From Kiritimatiellia bacterium (GTDB taxonomy: Bacteria > Verrucomicrobiota > Kiritimatiellia > RFP12 > UBA1067): a stretch of 46,840 bases of DNA. The notes beneath the pieces are model-generated. The model did not search any database, was not told the origin of the DNA, and saw only the letters and a program-made list of their open reading frames with translations. A program made the position numbers and the translations under genes. Position 1 is the stretch's first letter; each line of letters starts with the position of its first letter. Below are positions 32,621 to 40,126 of the stretch, piece after piece. Where the stretch lies: positions 1-46,840 of the forward strand of contig CAJGDE010000002.1 in assembly GCA_904502135.1 (NCBI GenBank), read 5' to 3'.

Positions 32621-34351
32621 ATGAAACATCTTCTGCTTACTGTGGTTATTGCTTCAATTGCCGCATTGAATGCGGCTGACCGAACGATGTTATGGCCTTC
32701 GGTTGAGAAAATGCCGAATTACCAGGCACATCAGGTGGCGGCTATGACGCACGAAACTTCAAAGAAGGACTTCAATGCAGATAGCCATCGCATGCCCTAT
32801 CTTGAGTGGCATGAGGCTAAAAAAGGCGCTCCCAAGACAGACGTCTGCATGATATTGATTCCCGGCGGGGGATATTTCAAGTGTACGGGAAGCGTTAAGA
32901 AAAAATGCCTAGATAAGTTTCGTGATTTGGGCATCACATGCGTAAGTCTCGTTTATCGTACGCCGAGAGCGACCAATCAGCCGTTTTACGCAACCGCCTG
33001 GGCTGATGGGCAAAGAGCTGTGCGTCTTGTGCGCTCTGAAGCCGAGCGTCGCGGTTTCAATCCGGAGAAGATCGGCGTTGTCGGAATGTCGGCAGGTTCC
33101 CATCTTTCGCTTCTTTTAGCCGCAAGCTCGCAGACAAACGCGTACGCGGCGGTTGACAAGCTTGATGAAACGTCCTGCCACGTCAATTGGGCGTGTTTGT
33201 TTGCTCTCGCCTATGCCAAGACGGACGGCCTTGGTATACCGAATACGCGTGAAGGAGACGCCATAGACTCTCAGCTTGACAGCATCTTCATGTTTGACAA
33301 TAAGACATGTCCGATCTGGATGTCGCACGGCTCTTTAGATCCATATTCTCCATTTGCCTCTACTGCCGTCTACAGGAAACTGAGAAAAATGAAGATACCT
33401 TCAGAGGTGCATATTTATCCTGATAAGAAGCATCGTATTCTCGGGGTGGACAGAGCCGTTGAATTTATGTGGCAGATGGGCTTTTTAGGCAAGCTCCCCG
33501 CACCGGAAAAATTGATGGACCGTTATCCTTCGGATGATTACAGGGCCTCTTATTCCAAGACGAACGTCTGGCCGAAGGGCTGTGTTCCTTCATTCCAGGA
33601 GCATCAGTGCGAACCCTATCTTGAGTGGCATCACCCGAAAACGCTGAAGACGAAAGCGATTCAAATCATTTATTCGGGCGGCAGCTATCAAGGGAACACT
33701 CCTGACGGATTTGAGGTCGCTCCCGCTCGCAGATACCTTAATGAGCGCGGCATGACGGTAGTTACCATGCGTTATCGCACGCCAAGGCCGAAAGACCTCG
33801 CGAAGCATACGACCGCATGGCAGGATCTTCAAAGAACGATCCGCCTCGTCCGCAAAGAAGCTCCGTCTTACGGGCTTGACCCCGATCGAATCGGCATCAT
33901 GGGCTCTTCTGCCGGTGGCCATCTTACGCTTATGGGTGCGACCAGTTCGCGCCGCAAAGCTTACGCTCCGATAGACGAGATTGACAAGATCGCTTGCAAT
34001 GTGCAGTGGGCGATAGCGATATATCCGGCTTATTCGTTGACGGATGGTGCTGACGAATGCAATAAGTTCGGCGGGAATGAGGATTCCGCCCGACTCGTCA
34101 GAGAATTCTCGTTTGATCTTTCAACTTGTCCGATTCTTTTCATTCATGGCGATACCGATTTGTGGGCGGCGATGAATTCGGTTAAATGCTGGGAACAGCT
34201 CTCCCGGATGGGCATACAGTCTGAGCTTCATACTTTGGCGCTTAGGCCGCACTGTTTTCAGATGATTGCCTCGCCCAAGACAGGAAGCTACACGTGGCTT
34301 GAGCGTATCGGAGAGTTTTTAGACGCGAAAAAGTTCTGTGAAGATAAATAG
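32621..34351 (+). CDS. Secreted tandem alpha/beta-hydrolase (two acetyl-esterase/lipase-like domains)
   Basis: 576 aa with a signal peptide. There are two homologous halves. Each has a PYLEWH motif near its start, a nucleophile elbow (GMSAGSHL, then GSSAGGHL) and an HG.xD region (SHGSLDPYS, then IHGDTDLW). Confidence 0.85.
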   Translation: MKHLLLTVVIASIAALNAADRTMLWPSVEKMPNYQAHQVAAMTHETSKKDFNADSHRMPYLEWHEAKKGAPKTDVCMILIPGGGYFKCTGSVKKKCLDKFRDLGITCVSLVYRTPRATNQPFYATAWADGQRAVRLVRSEAERRGFNPEKIGVVGMSAGSHLSLLLAASSQTNAYAAVDKLDETSCHVNWACLFALAYAKTDGLGIPNTREGDAIDSQLDSIFMFDNKTCPIWMSHGSLDPYSPFASTAVYRKLRKMKIPSEVHIYPDKKHRILGVDRAVEFMWQMGFLGKLPAPEKLMDRYPSDDYRASYSKTNVWPKGCVPSFQEHQCEPYLEWHHPKTLKTKAIQIIYSGGSYQGNTPDGFEVAPARRYLNERGMTVVTMRYRTPRPKDLAKHTTAWQDLQRTIRLVRKEAPSYGLDPDRIGIMGSSAGGHLTLMGATSSRRKAYAPIDEIDKIACNVQWAIAIYPAYSLTDGADECNKFGGNEDSARLVREFSFDLSTCPILFIHGDTDLWAAMNSVKCWEQLSRMGIQSELHTLALRPHCFQMIASPKTGSYTWLERIGEFLDAKKFCEDK

Positions 34352-34355
34352 GCTC

Positions 34356-34385
34356 TTGCAGGCTTACCGGTGAAATTGGTATAAT
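34356..34385 (+). promoter_or_regulatory. Promoter of the Flp/Tad pilin gene set
   Basis: TTGCAG at 34356-34361, an 18-nt spacer, and a TG-extended -10 TGGTATAAT at 34377-34385. The ATG at 34392 lies only 6 nt past the -10, which predicts a leaderless start. Confidence 0.5.
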
Positions 34386-34391
34386 CAAAGT

Positions 34392-34547
34392 ATGAAAAAC
34401 CGCATGAAAAGAGGTCAAGCCATGTTAGAGTATGTTGTGGCGTTCGCTTCTCTGCTTGTGGTGGTCGGAATTTTATTTTCTCTCGTGAATGTGGCGAAAA
34501 AATATGCGCAGCGCACAGAGAATCTTGTCAGAAGTGAATATCCCTGA
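34392..34547 (+). CDS. Flp-family type IVc prepilin (51 aa, absent from the ORF track)
   Basis: Translation: MKNRMKRGQAMLEYVVAFASLLVVVGILFSLVNVAKKYAQRTENLVRSEYP. It has a basic leader, a G/QxMxEY processing motif and a hydrophobic helix, as Flp pilins do. TGA at 34545-34547. Confidence 0.7.
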   Translation: MKNRMKRGQAMLEYVVAFASLLVVVGILFSLVNVAKKYAQRTENLVRSEYP

Positions 34548-34561
34548 AACAAGGAGGTAAA

Positions 34562-34786
34562 ATGAATATTAAAAAGTCGCTAAAAAAAGGTCAGACGATG
34601 GTCGAGTATATCATCATCGTCGGTTTGATTGCAATTTCTCTGATTGCGGTGTTTACATACCTTGCTCGCGCTATCGGAAAGAAAGCCGCAGGCGCCACTG
34701 AATCGCTTTCAAGCCAAGAAGGTTCAAGCGCCAAGAGCGCCGCCGAAGGCATCAGTGAAGATTCTATAAAGAAGCTCGGAGAATAA
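34562..34786 (+). CDS. Flp-family type IVc prepilin
   Basis: MNIKKSLKKGQTMVEYIIIVGLIAISLIAVFTYL carries the same G/QxMxEY motif. Strong SD AAGGAGG upstream. 74 aa. Confidence 0.85.
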   Translation: MNIKKSLKKGQTMVEYIIIVGLIAISLIAVFTYLARAIGKKAAGATESLSSQEGSSAKSAAEGISEDSIKKLGE

Positions 34787-34787
34787 T

Positions 34788-35294
34788 ATGTCTCATCCCC
34801 GCGTTAATAAACCGCGGGCAACAACCGTCAAAGCCGTTCCCGGTCAAGCTATGATTGAAACGGTTTTGGCGGTAGTTATTGTCACGTTTCTTTTTCTTGT
34901 GCTCTTTAGACTGTCGCAGATGCTTACGGGCAAAATAATGCTTGAGCATGCTGCGATGCGATCGGCAAGGGCCCGCACGGTTGGCTTTAATGATTTTATG
35001 TGCAAAAAGGCGGCTCGCGTGGCTATGATACCGGTTGCCGGAAAGCGTCTTTGGCCTGAAGGAGACGAGTTTGATTATTCCATGGAATTGGCGCGCATTC
35101 CCATTTATATGGGAACGCCCAATGGCGCTGTCGCTAACGGCGTTTTGGAATATGAAGCCTGGCATAGCCTTAAGATTGAACCGGGTGGCGGATATAATTC
35201 CCGTGTCAGCCTTAAGAATGAATGGTTTGATCTTGAGGGTGAGGCCACGATCGAAAAGAATTATCAATTGTATCTTACGGATCAGGGGCGATGA
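34788..35294 (+). CDS. TadE-like minor pilin/pseudopilin
   Basis: The N-terminus ...AVPGQAMIETVLAVVIVTFLFLVLF matches the TadE N-terminal pattern (GxxxxE followed by a hydrophobic helix). 168 aa. Starts 1 nt after the flp stop. Confidence 0.7.
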   Translation: MSHPRVNKPRATTVKAVPGQAMIETVLAVVIVTFLFLVLFRLSQMLTGKIMLEHAAMRSARARTVGFNDFMCKKAARVAMIPVAGKRLWPEGDEFDYSMELARIPIYMGTPNGAVANGVLEYEAWHSLKIEPGGGYNSRVSLKNEWFDLEGEATIEKNYQLYLTDQGR

Positions 35295-36676
35295 AAGCGA
35301 AAAGCGGGCAGATTGTTCTTTATTTGGTGCTTGTTCTCGTCGCCATAACTTTTTTGGCGGTGATGAATGTCAGCGCGTATCTGGGCGTTTCCGCTAAAAA
35401 TAAGACGATGAACGCTGGTGACGCCGCCGCGCTGGCGGTGGCAAAATACCAAGGTGAACTTTTAAATAAGATAGGGTCGTTAAACATAGAACATCTTAAG
35501 GCAGCGATAGAAAACGACGAAGAGAAGTGCAATTCGATAATGAAAGAAGTGCGCGAGACATGTTTTCTCGCGCCTCTTGAAGGGATACGCTTAGGCAACG
35601 AAGCTGCTAAAGCGAATGGAATTGAGATAGACGATAGGATGGGTCAGATTCTCAAGCAGCACGCAAACGACATACGTGTGCATTACGTTGTAACGCCTGA
35701 GTTGTACCCGCCCTTGTGGGAAGGCGCATGGGAAGAATATGCGCTTAGGCTTGAACTTGCTATCGCCTCCGGCGTTTATGCAGGTCCCGACAATATCGAT
35801 TTCGTAGACGCCGCCGGTGGCCATTTGCTTATGGTGGAGCAGTTTTACAATGCTATCGCCGGGCGCAATTGGTGCTGGTTTCATTTCAATGCACCGGGGA
35901 TTCTTGGCACATATTCAAGTTATCAAAGCTGGGATCCGCTGCCTTTTGCCGATCCTGAGAAACGCAGGCAGCGCTGCGCTAATAGTGAAGTATATTCGCT
36001 TAATTTAAATCCCCGTACAGGTAGCGCAGTGGATTTGCTGGGGACGAATCTCATCATGCGATTGACCGGATCTACGATTGAGGAATTGCAGAATTCTTAC
36101 ATAATTACAAATCAGAATCAGGTTTGGTATTTTTATGGTGATATGTGGAGGAAATGGTGGGAGATGGATCCTGATGGTGAGTGGCAGTTTCCCGTGGTGG
36201 GGCCTCCGAAAAAAGAATATGATGTAAGAGGCGCGGCTGCCGTCTGTAGGGTCACAAAGCTTATCCCCGATGTCATTTCAGATTCTAAAGGCCAAAAAAG
36301 CGTCTGGTCGGCGGCGGCAAAACCGTTCGGCACGGTCGAAAATCTTGATGGCGAAACGGATGTTGTGACGGCGCTAAGAAATTTTGTCGTTCCGTCTTTT
36401 ACCGACGCGAAGCTGGTGCCGCTTGACGCGGTCGGAGGCAAGGATCTTTCAACGGCCGATCCCGATTGGATGCTTCATGTAAGAGAGCATCTGCCTAAAT
36501 ATCTTGATGATGGGCCAGGCACGCTGCCGTCTTGTTATTATTGCAGTCAGCTTAAATTGTGGGAGCGTGATTATTTTAGACAGTCCGGCAGGAGATGGCT
36601 TAAATATAATTCCGACACATGCATAAGATCACACGGGCCGGGGCCCGCGCATGGAGGCACTCCTCATGGGCACTAA
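35291..36676 (+). CDS. TadG-like (Flp pilus-assembly TadE/G-like N-terminus) large pseudopilin with an uncharacterised C-terminal region
   Basis: MKAKSGQIVLYLVLVLVAITFLAVMNVSAYLGVSAKNKTMNAGDAAALAVA resembles the TadG N-terminal domain (hydrophobic helix followed by a DAAALA motif). The remaining 400 aa or so match nothing I recognise. The tail is His/Gly/Pro-rich (HGPGPAHGGTPHGH). ATGA overlap with the tadE-like gene. Confidence 0.6.
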   Translation: MKAKSGQIVLYLVLVLVAITFLAVMNVSAYLGVSAKNKTMNAGDAAALAVAKYQGELLNKIGSLNIEHLKAAIENDEEKCNSIMKEVRETCFLAPLEGIRLGNEAAKANGIEIDDRMGQILKQHANDIRVHYVVTPELYPPLWEGAWEEYALRLELAIASGVYAGPDNIDFVDAAGGHLLMVEQFYNAIAGRNWCWFHFNAPGILGTYSSYQSWDPLPFADPEKRRQRCANSEVYSLNLNPRTGSAVDLLGTNLIMRLTGSTIEELQNSYIITNQNQVWYFYGDMWRKWWEMDPDGEWQFPVVGPPKKEYDVRGAAAVCRVTKLIPDVISDSKGQKSVWSAAAKPFGTVENLDGETDVVTALRNFVVPSFTDAKLVPLDAVGGKDLSTADPDWMLHVREHLPKYLDDGPGTLPSCYYCSQLKLWERDYFRQSGRRWLKYNSDTCIRSHGPGPAHGGTPHGH

Positions 36677-36935
36677 GAAAGCTCAGGCTTTAATGGAACT
36701 TGCTGTCGGGATGTTTACGATAGCTCTTGTGGTAAGTCTTCTTACAGCTTACGCCATGTATATTGCCAAGAGCCTTAAAGCTCAGAACACTCTTAGAAGC
36801 GGCAATAGCGCATCGTCTTCATCAAAAAGCGATACCGTTGAGGTTGGAGAATTTGCGGGTGAACATCTTTTTGGCAAATCAAAACTTCAGATACGTGAAA
36901 AAGTAGTCATGCCAAGTACGGTGATAATCAAATGA
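36666..36935 (+). CDS. Second TadE-like pseudopilin
   Basis: MGTKKAQALMELAVGMFTIALVVSLLTAY has a basic leader, an xQxLMEL motif and a hydrophobic helix. The ATG at 36666 has GGAGG 8 nt upstream. The ORF track starts at 36651, which has no SD. Confidence 0.55.
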   Translation: MGTKKAQALMELAVGMFTIALVVSLLTAYAMYIAKSLKAQNTLRSGNSASSSSKSDTVEVGEFAGEHLFGKSKLQIREKVVMPSTVIIK

Positions 36936-37939
36936 GAATAAAAAGCATACAACGGTTTCTTTGCGCAAATGACATTGATGCGGCGCTTATATTCAATGAG
37001 GCGAACATCCTTTCTTTAACGGGAATTAAGTGTGACAATGCTTGTCTTTTAGTGAAATCGCGCGATTTCCTTTTTTTTACTGATTTCAGATATATTCCGG
37101 AAGTGCGCAGGTTGAGAAGCGATATTAAGGTGCGCGATATAAAGCGTTTGTACTCAAATTTCCCGAAAGCGTCGAAAATAGGTTTTGAGCCGTCTATTTC
37201 ATACGGCAGATTTATGCAGATGAAAAAGGCTTTCCCAAAGGCCGAGTTTATTGATATTTCCGATGTGATTTCAGATTTAAGATCTGTAAAAACTTCAGAT
37301 GAGATAGATAGGATAAGACGGGCAGAAGCGCTGAATGTCGAAATTTTCAATTCGGCCATTTCGCTTTTTTCTCCAGGAATGACGGAGAAGGAGATGGCGC
37401 TTATAATTAAGCGCATGATGATTGAAAGAGCTGAAGGCGAAGCATTTGAGACGATCGTCTGTGTCGGTGCGAATGCGGCAGAATGCCATCATAGGCCTGA
37501 TGATACCGTTTGGAACGGCCGAGAGGGCGTACTAATCGATCTTGGGCTTAAACTTGATGGGGTCTGCAGCGATCTTACGCGCAACATTCTGCCTAAGCGC
37601 CCGTCGAAACTCTACAAAAAGGTCTATGACGTTGTTTTAGAGGCTAACCGTAGCGCCATAAAAGCGGCAAAACCCGGCATTTCAGCTAAGGCGTTAGATA
37701 AAATCGCGCGTGATGTTATAACAAAGGCCGGTTTCGGAAAATGTTTCGGACACAGTCTCGGACATGGAGTAGGTTATGAGATTCACGAATCGCCCACTCT
37801 TTCAAAGCGTTTCAATACGATACTCAAGCCCGGTATGATCGTGACGATCGAGCCTGGCATATATCTTGAGGGGAATCTTGGTGTCAGGATAGAAGACCTT
37901 ATTTTGATTACGGAAGAGGGTTGTGAGGTCTTATCTTAA
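36932..37939 (+). CDS. M24B family Xaa-Pro aminopeptidase/dipeptidase
   Basis: Creatinase-like N-domain followed by the pita-bread metal ligands: VLIDLG..DGVCSDLTR, HSLGHGVGYEIHE, VTIEPGIY, VRIEDLIL. ATGA overlap with the last pseudopilin gene. Confidence 0.9.
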   Translation: MRIKSIQRFLCANDIDAALIFNEANILSLTGIKCDNACLLVKSRDFLFFTDFRYIPEVRRLRSDIKVRDIKRLYSNFPKASKIGFEPSISYGRFMQMKKAFPKAEFIDISDVISDLRSVKTSDEIDRIRRAEALNVEIFNSAISLFSPGMTEKEMALIIKRMMIERAEGEAFETIVCVGANAAECHHRPDDTVWNGREGVLIDLGLKLDGVCSDLTRNILPKRPSKLYKKVYDVVLEANRSAIKAAKPGISAKALDKIARDVITKAGFGKCFGHSLGHGVGYEIHESPTLSKRFNTILKPGMIVTIEPGIYLEGNLGVRIEDLILITEEGCEVLS

Positions 37940-37956
37940 GTTTTTTTCCTTAAGCT

Positions 37957-38637
37957 TTATTTTGTCAGGCGCTCAATCGCTTTTGAGGCAAGAATCATAC
38001 CGAAGGTGGCGGTGACCTGTATGAGGCTGCCTTTGATTTCCTCCGTCTGTGATTGGCTCTTGGGCTCTTTTGACCAGACGGCATAAAAGCGTGCGGGTCT
38101 TAAGCCCAGTTTCTTGAATTTCTCTCTTAATGCCCGCGCCAGACCATCGCCGCATACTTTATCGAAAGGCGTGTATGTTATTTTGAGCGGATCGTGTCTG
38201 AAGGCTGCTCCCATACTTGAAATTACCGGTATTTTCGCAGCGAGAGATTTTAAGATGAGCTCGGCTTTGTTGGCTACGCTGTCTATTGCGTCTATGACAA
38301 GGTCGTAGCCTTCGATCTTTTCACTGATCCAGCGCCTTGGCTGCGCTATAACGTTGCACTTCGGCGCAACGTCTCTTAAGCGTTCCGCCAAAGCTTCAAC
38401 TTTGAGTCTCCCTATGGTTGAACGTGCCGCCTGAAGCTGTCTGTTGAGATTCGACTCTACGACAATATCGTCATCTATGAGCGTTAAGTTACCTACACCT
38501 GTGCGAGCGAGAGCCTCGGCGCACCAGCTTCCGACGCCGCCGACGCCGACTATGAGTACGTGTGCAGAGGCCAGCTTTCTCATGGCCCCTTCGCCAAGAA
38601 GCGCAGTTGATCTTGATTGTATTTCTTTTTCGTTCAC
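37957..38637 (-). CDS. tcdA: tRNA threonylcarbamoyladenosine dehydratase (ThiF/E1-like, TcdA/CsdL family)
   Basis: LASAHVLIVGVGGVGSWCAEALARTGVGNLTLIDDDIVVESNLNRQ is the ThiF-type Rossmann signature. At about 226 aa with no rhodanese or MoeB C-terminus, it fits TcdA. Confidence 0.8.
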   Translation of the reverse strand: MNEKEIQSRSTALLGEGAMRKLASAHVLIVGVGGVGSWCAEALARTGVGNLTLIDDDIVVESNLNRQLQAARSTIGRLKVEALAERLRDVAPKCNVIAQPRRWISEKIEGYDLVIDAIDSVANKAELILKSLAAKIPVISSMGAAFRHDPLKITYTPFDKVCGDGLARALREKFKKLGLRPARFYAVWSKEPKSQSQTEEIKGSLIQVTATFGMILASKAIERLTK

Positions 38638-39320
38638 GGCTTCAGGTAGAGTCTACAGTGACAAAGGCCTTTGAAGGTTTCGTCTGCGAGCTGGCCTTTG
38701 AATTCTTCGCAGGGGCAGAGGAATTCGGGCGTTTTCGGTATCCTACAGGGGCAATAACCTTCTTTTCTCTTTAGTCCGGAAAGAACGGCGGAGGTGATTT
38801 TCTCGTCTTTATTGTATGAAACGCGGTGTTTCAGCAAGAGCGCGACTTCTTCAGGAACGAGATCACTGAAATCCTCAGAGGCGGCAAGGCGTTTTCTTAT
38901 TTCGGTTGAGCTTTCTTCAGTGCGGGGATAAGCCTTAAATTCGCAAAGACTTTTCAGCTTGTCGATGTCTTTCCATCGGTCGAGGCCCGCTAAGGAGTCT
39001 TCTCCTATGATAAAAAAGATTTTCTCTGCTGGGTTTTCTTCTGATATCTCTTTTACCGTATCAATCGCATAAGATACGCCGCCGCGTTTGATTTCGCGTT
39101 CATCGACCGTAACCTCGGCTGTTGTGTTGAAGGCGGCTCTTAGCAGCAATGCGCGGTCATAGTCTCCATTGGGCGCATGATCGCTTTTGAAGGGGTTTAC
39201 GGATGCCGGTATCACATAGAGCTTTGAGAGGCCCAGATCTTTTATCGCGGCTTTTGCGATAGCGACATGACCATTGTGGACAGGGTCGAAGCTGCCTCCG
39301 AAAATACCGATTGCGCCCAT
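38634..39320 (-). CDS. nadD: Nicotinate-nucleotide adenylyltransferase fused to a C-terminal ferredoxin:thioredoxin reductase catalytic-subunit-like Cys module
   Basis: NadD motifs GIFGGSFDPVHNGH and SSTEIRKR occupy aa 1 to about 170. Aa 172-228 carry GYCPCR-x7-LCPC-x15-CHCRLY, i.e. the CPC/CPC/CHC triad. Confidence 0.88.
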   Translation of the reverse strand: MGAIGIFGGSFDPVHNGHVAIAKAAIKDLGLSKLYVIPASVNPFKSDHAPNGDYDRALLLRAAFNTTAEVTVDEREIKRGGVSYAIDTVKEISEENPAEKIFFIIGEDSLAGLDRWKDIDKLKSLCEFKAYPRTEESSTEIRKRLAASEDFSDLVPEEVALLLKHRVSYNKDEKITSAVLSGLKRKEGYCPCRIPKTPEFLCPCEEFKGQLADETFKGLCHCRLYLKP

Positions 39321-39334
39321 TTTTTTTTGCTCCT

Positions 39335-40126
39335 TTAAGCGAGTTCTTTTGAACGTGCCGCCGCCGCCTTAAGCGTTTCAGCGACGATCTTTTTGAAATC
39401 TGGGTTTGAGAGTTTTTCCATTCCGGCGGCAGTGGTGCCGCCTTTTGTGGCAACTCCCGCTATAAATTCGCCGAGATCAGGAGCGTTTTCTCTCAGATAT
39501 TTCGCGGTGCCGTACATCGTCTGCTCGGCAAGGAGCCTTGCTACTTCAGGTTTCAGACCGAGTTTTACGGCTCCTTCGGTCATCGCTTCTTGCATATATG
39601 CGAAATAAGCCGGTCCTGAGCCTGAAAGGGCGGTTACGGCATCGAAATCCTTTTCTGCGATGATCGCCGTAGCTCCTGCCGCCCCCAGGATCTTCTCCAC
39701 CTTCTTCACGTCCTTTTGCGTGGCGTTTTTCCCTGGAGCGATCGCGCACATTCCGGCATTTGCCCTGAGAGCAAGGTTCGGCATCACACGTATTATTTTG
39801 ACATTGGAGCCGAAAACTTTTTTGAGAAAAGAAAGTTTCTTTCCTGCGACAATGGATACGAGAGTTTGTGTTGATTTCAGAAGGGTCTTCGTTTCTTTCG
39901 CTACAGTTTCAACATCCTGAGGCTTTACCGATAAAAATATAAGTTTGGCGCATGAGGCCACTTCAGCGAGACTGTCTGTGACGCAGACTTGATATTTTTT
40001 TGTAAGTTCCTTCGCCCTGTCGCTGTTTTTTTCGGCCATTATCACTTTTGTTTTGTCAGGTATCGCCGAGAGTATGCCCTCGGCCATTTTGCCTGCACCA
40101 AAAAAACCAATATCGAATTTTTTCAT
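39335..40126 (-). CDS. proC: Pyrroline-5-carboxylate reductase
   Basis: Start at ATG 40126 (MKKFDIGFFGAGKMAEGI, a Rossmann GxGxxA). The track ORF extends to 40330, inside the dsbD-like gene. C-terminal motifs SGSGPAYFAY and GVATKGGTTAAG are present. Confidence 0.93.
   Translation of the reverse strand: MKKFDIGFFGAGKMAEGILSAIPDKTKVIMAEKNSDRAKELTKKYQVCVTDSLAEVASCAKLIFLSVKPQDVETVAKETKTLLKSTQTLVSIVAGKKLSFLKKVFGSNVKIIRVMPNLALRANAGMCAIAPGKNATQKDVKKVEKILGAAGATAIIAEKDFDAVTALSGSGPAYFAYMQEAMTEGAVKLGLKPEVARLLAEQTMYGTAKYLRENAPDLGEFIAGVATKGGTTAAGMEKLSNPDFKKIVAETLKAAAARSKELA

Noticed and set aside
37935-37954. CTTAAG-N8-CTTAAG between the convergent pepP-like and tcdA genes as a bidirectional terminator.
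   Set aside because: The stem is A/T-rich and only 6 bp, which is very weak, and it overlaps the pepP-like stop codon. I do not call it without transcript-end data.
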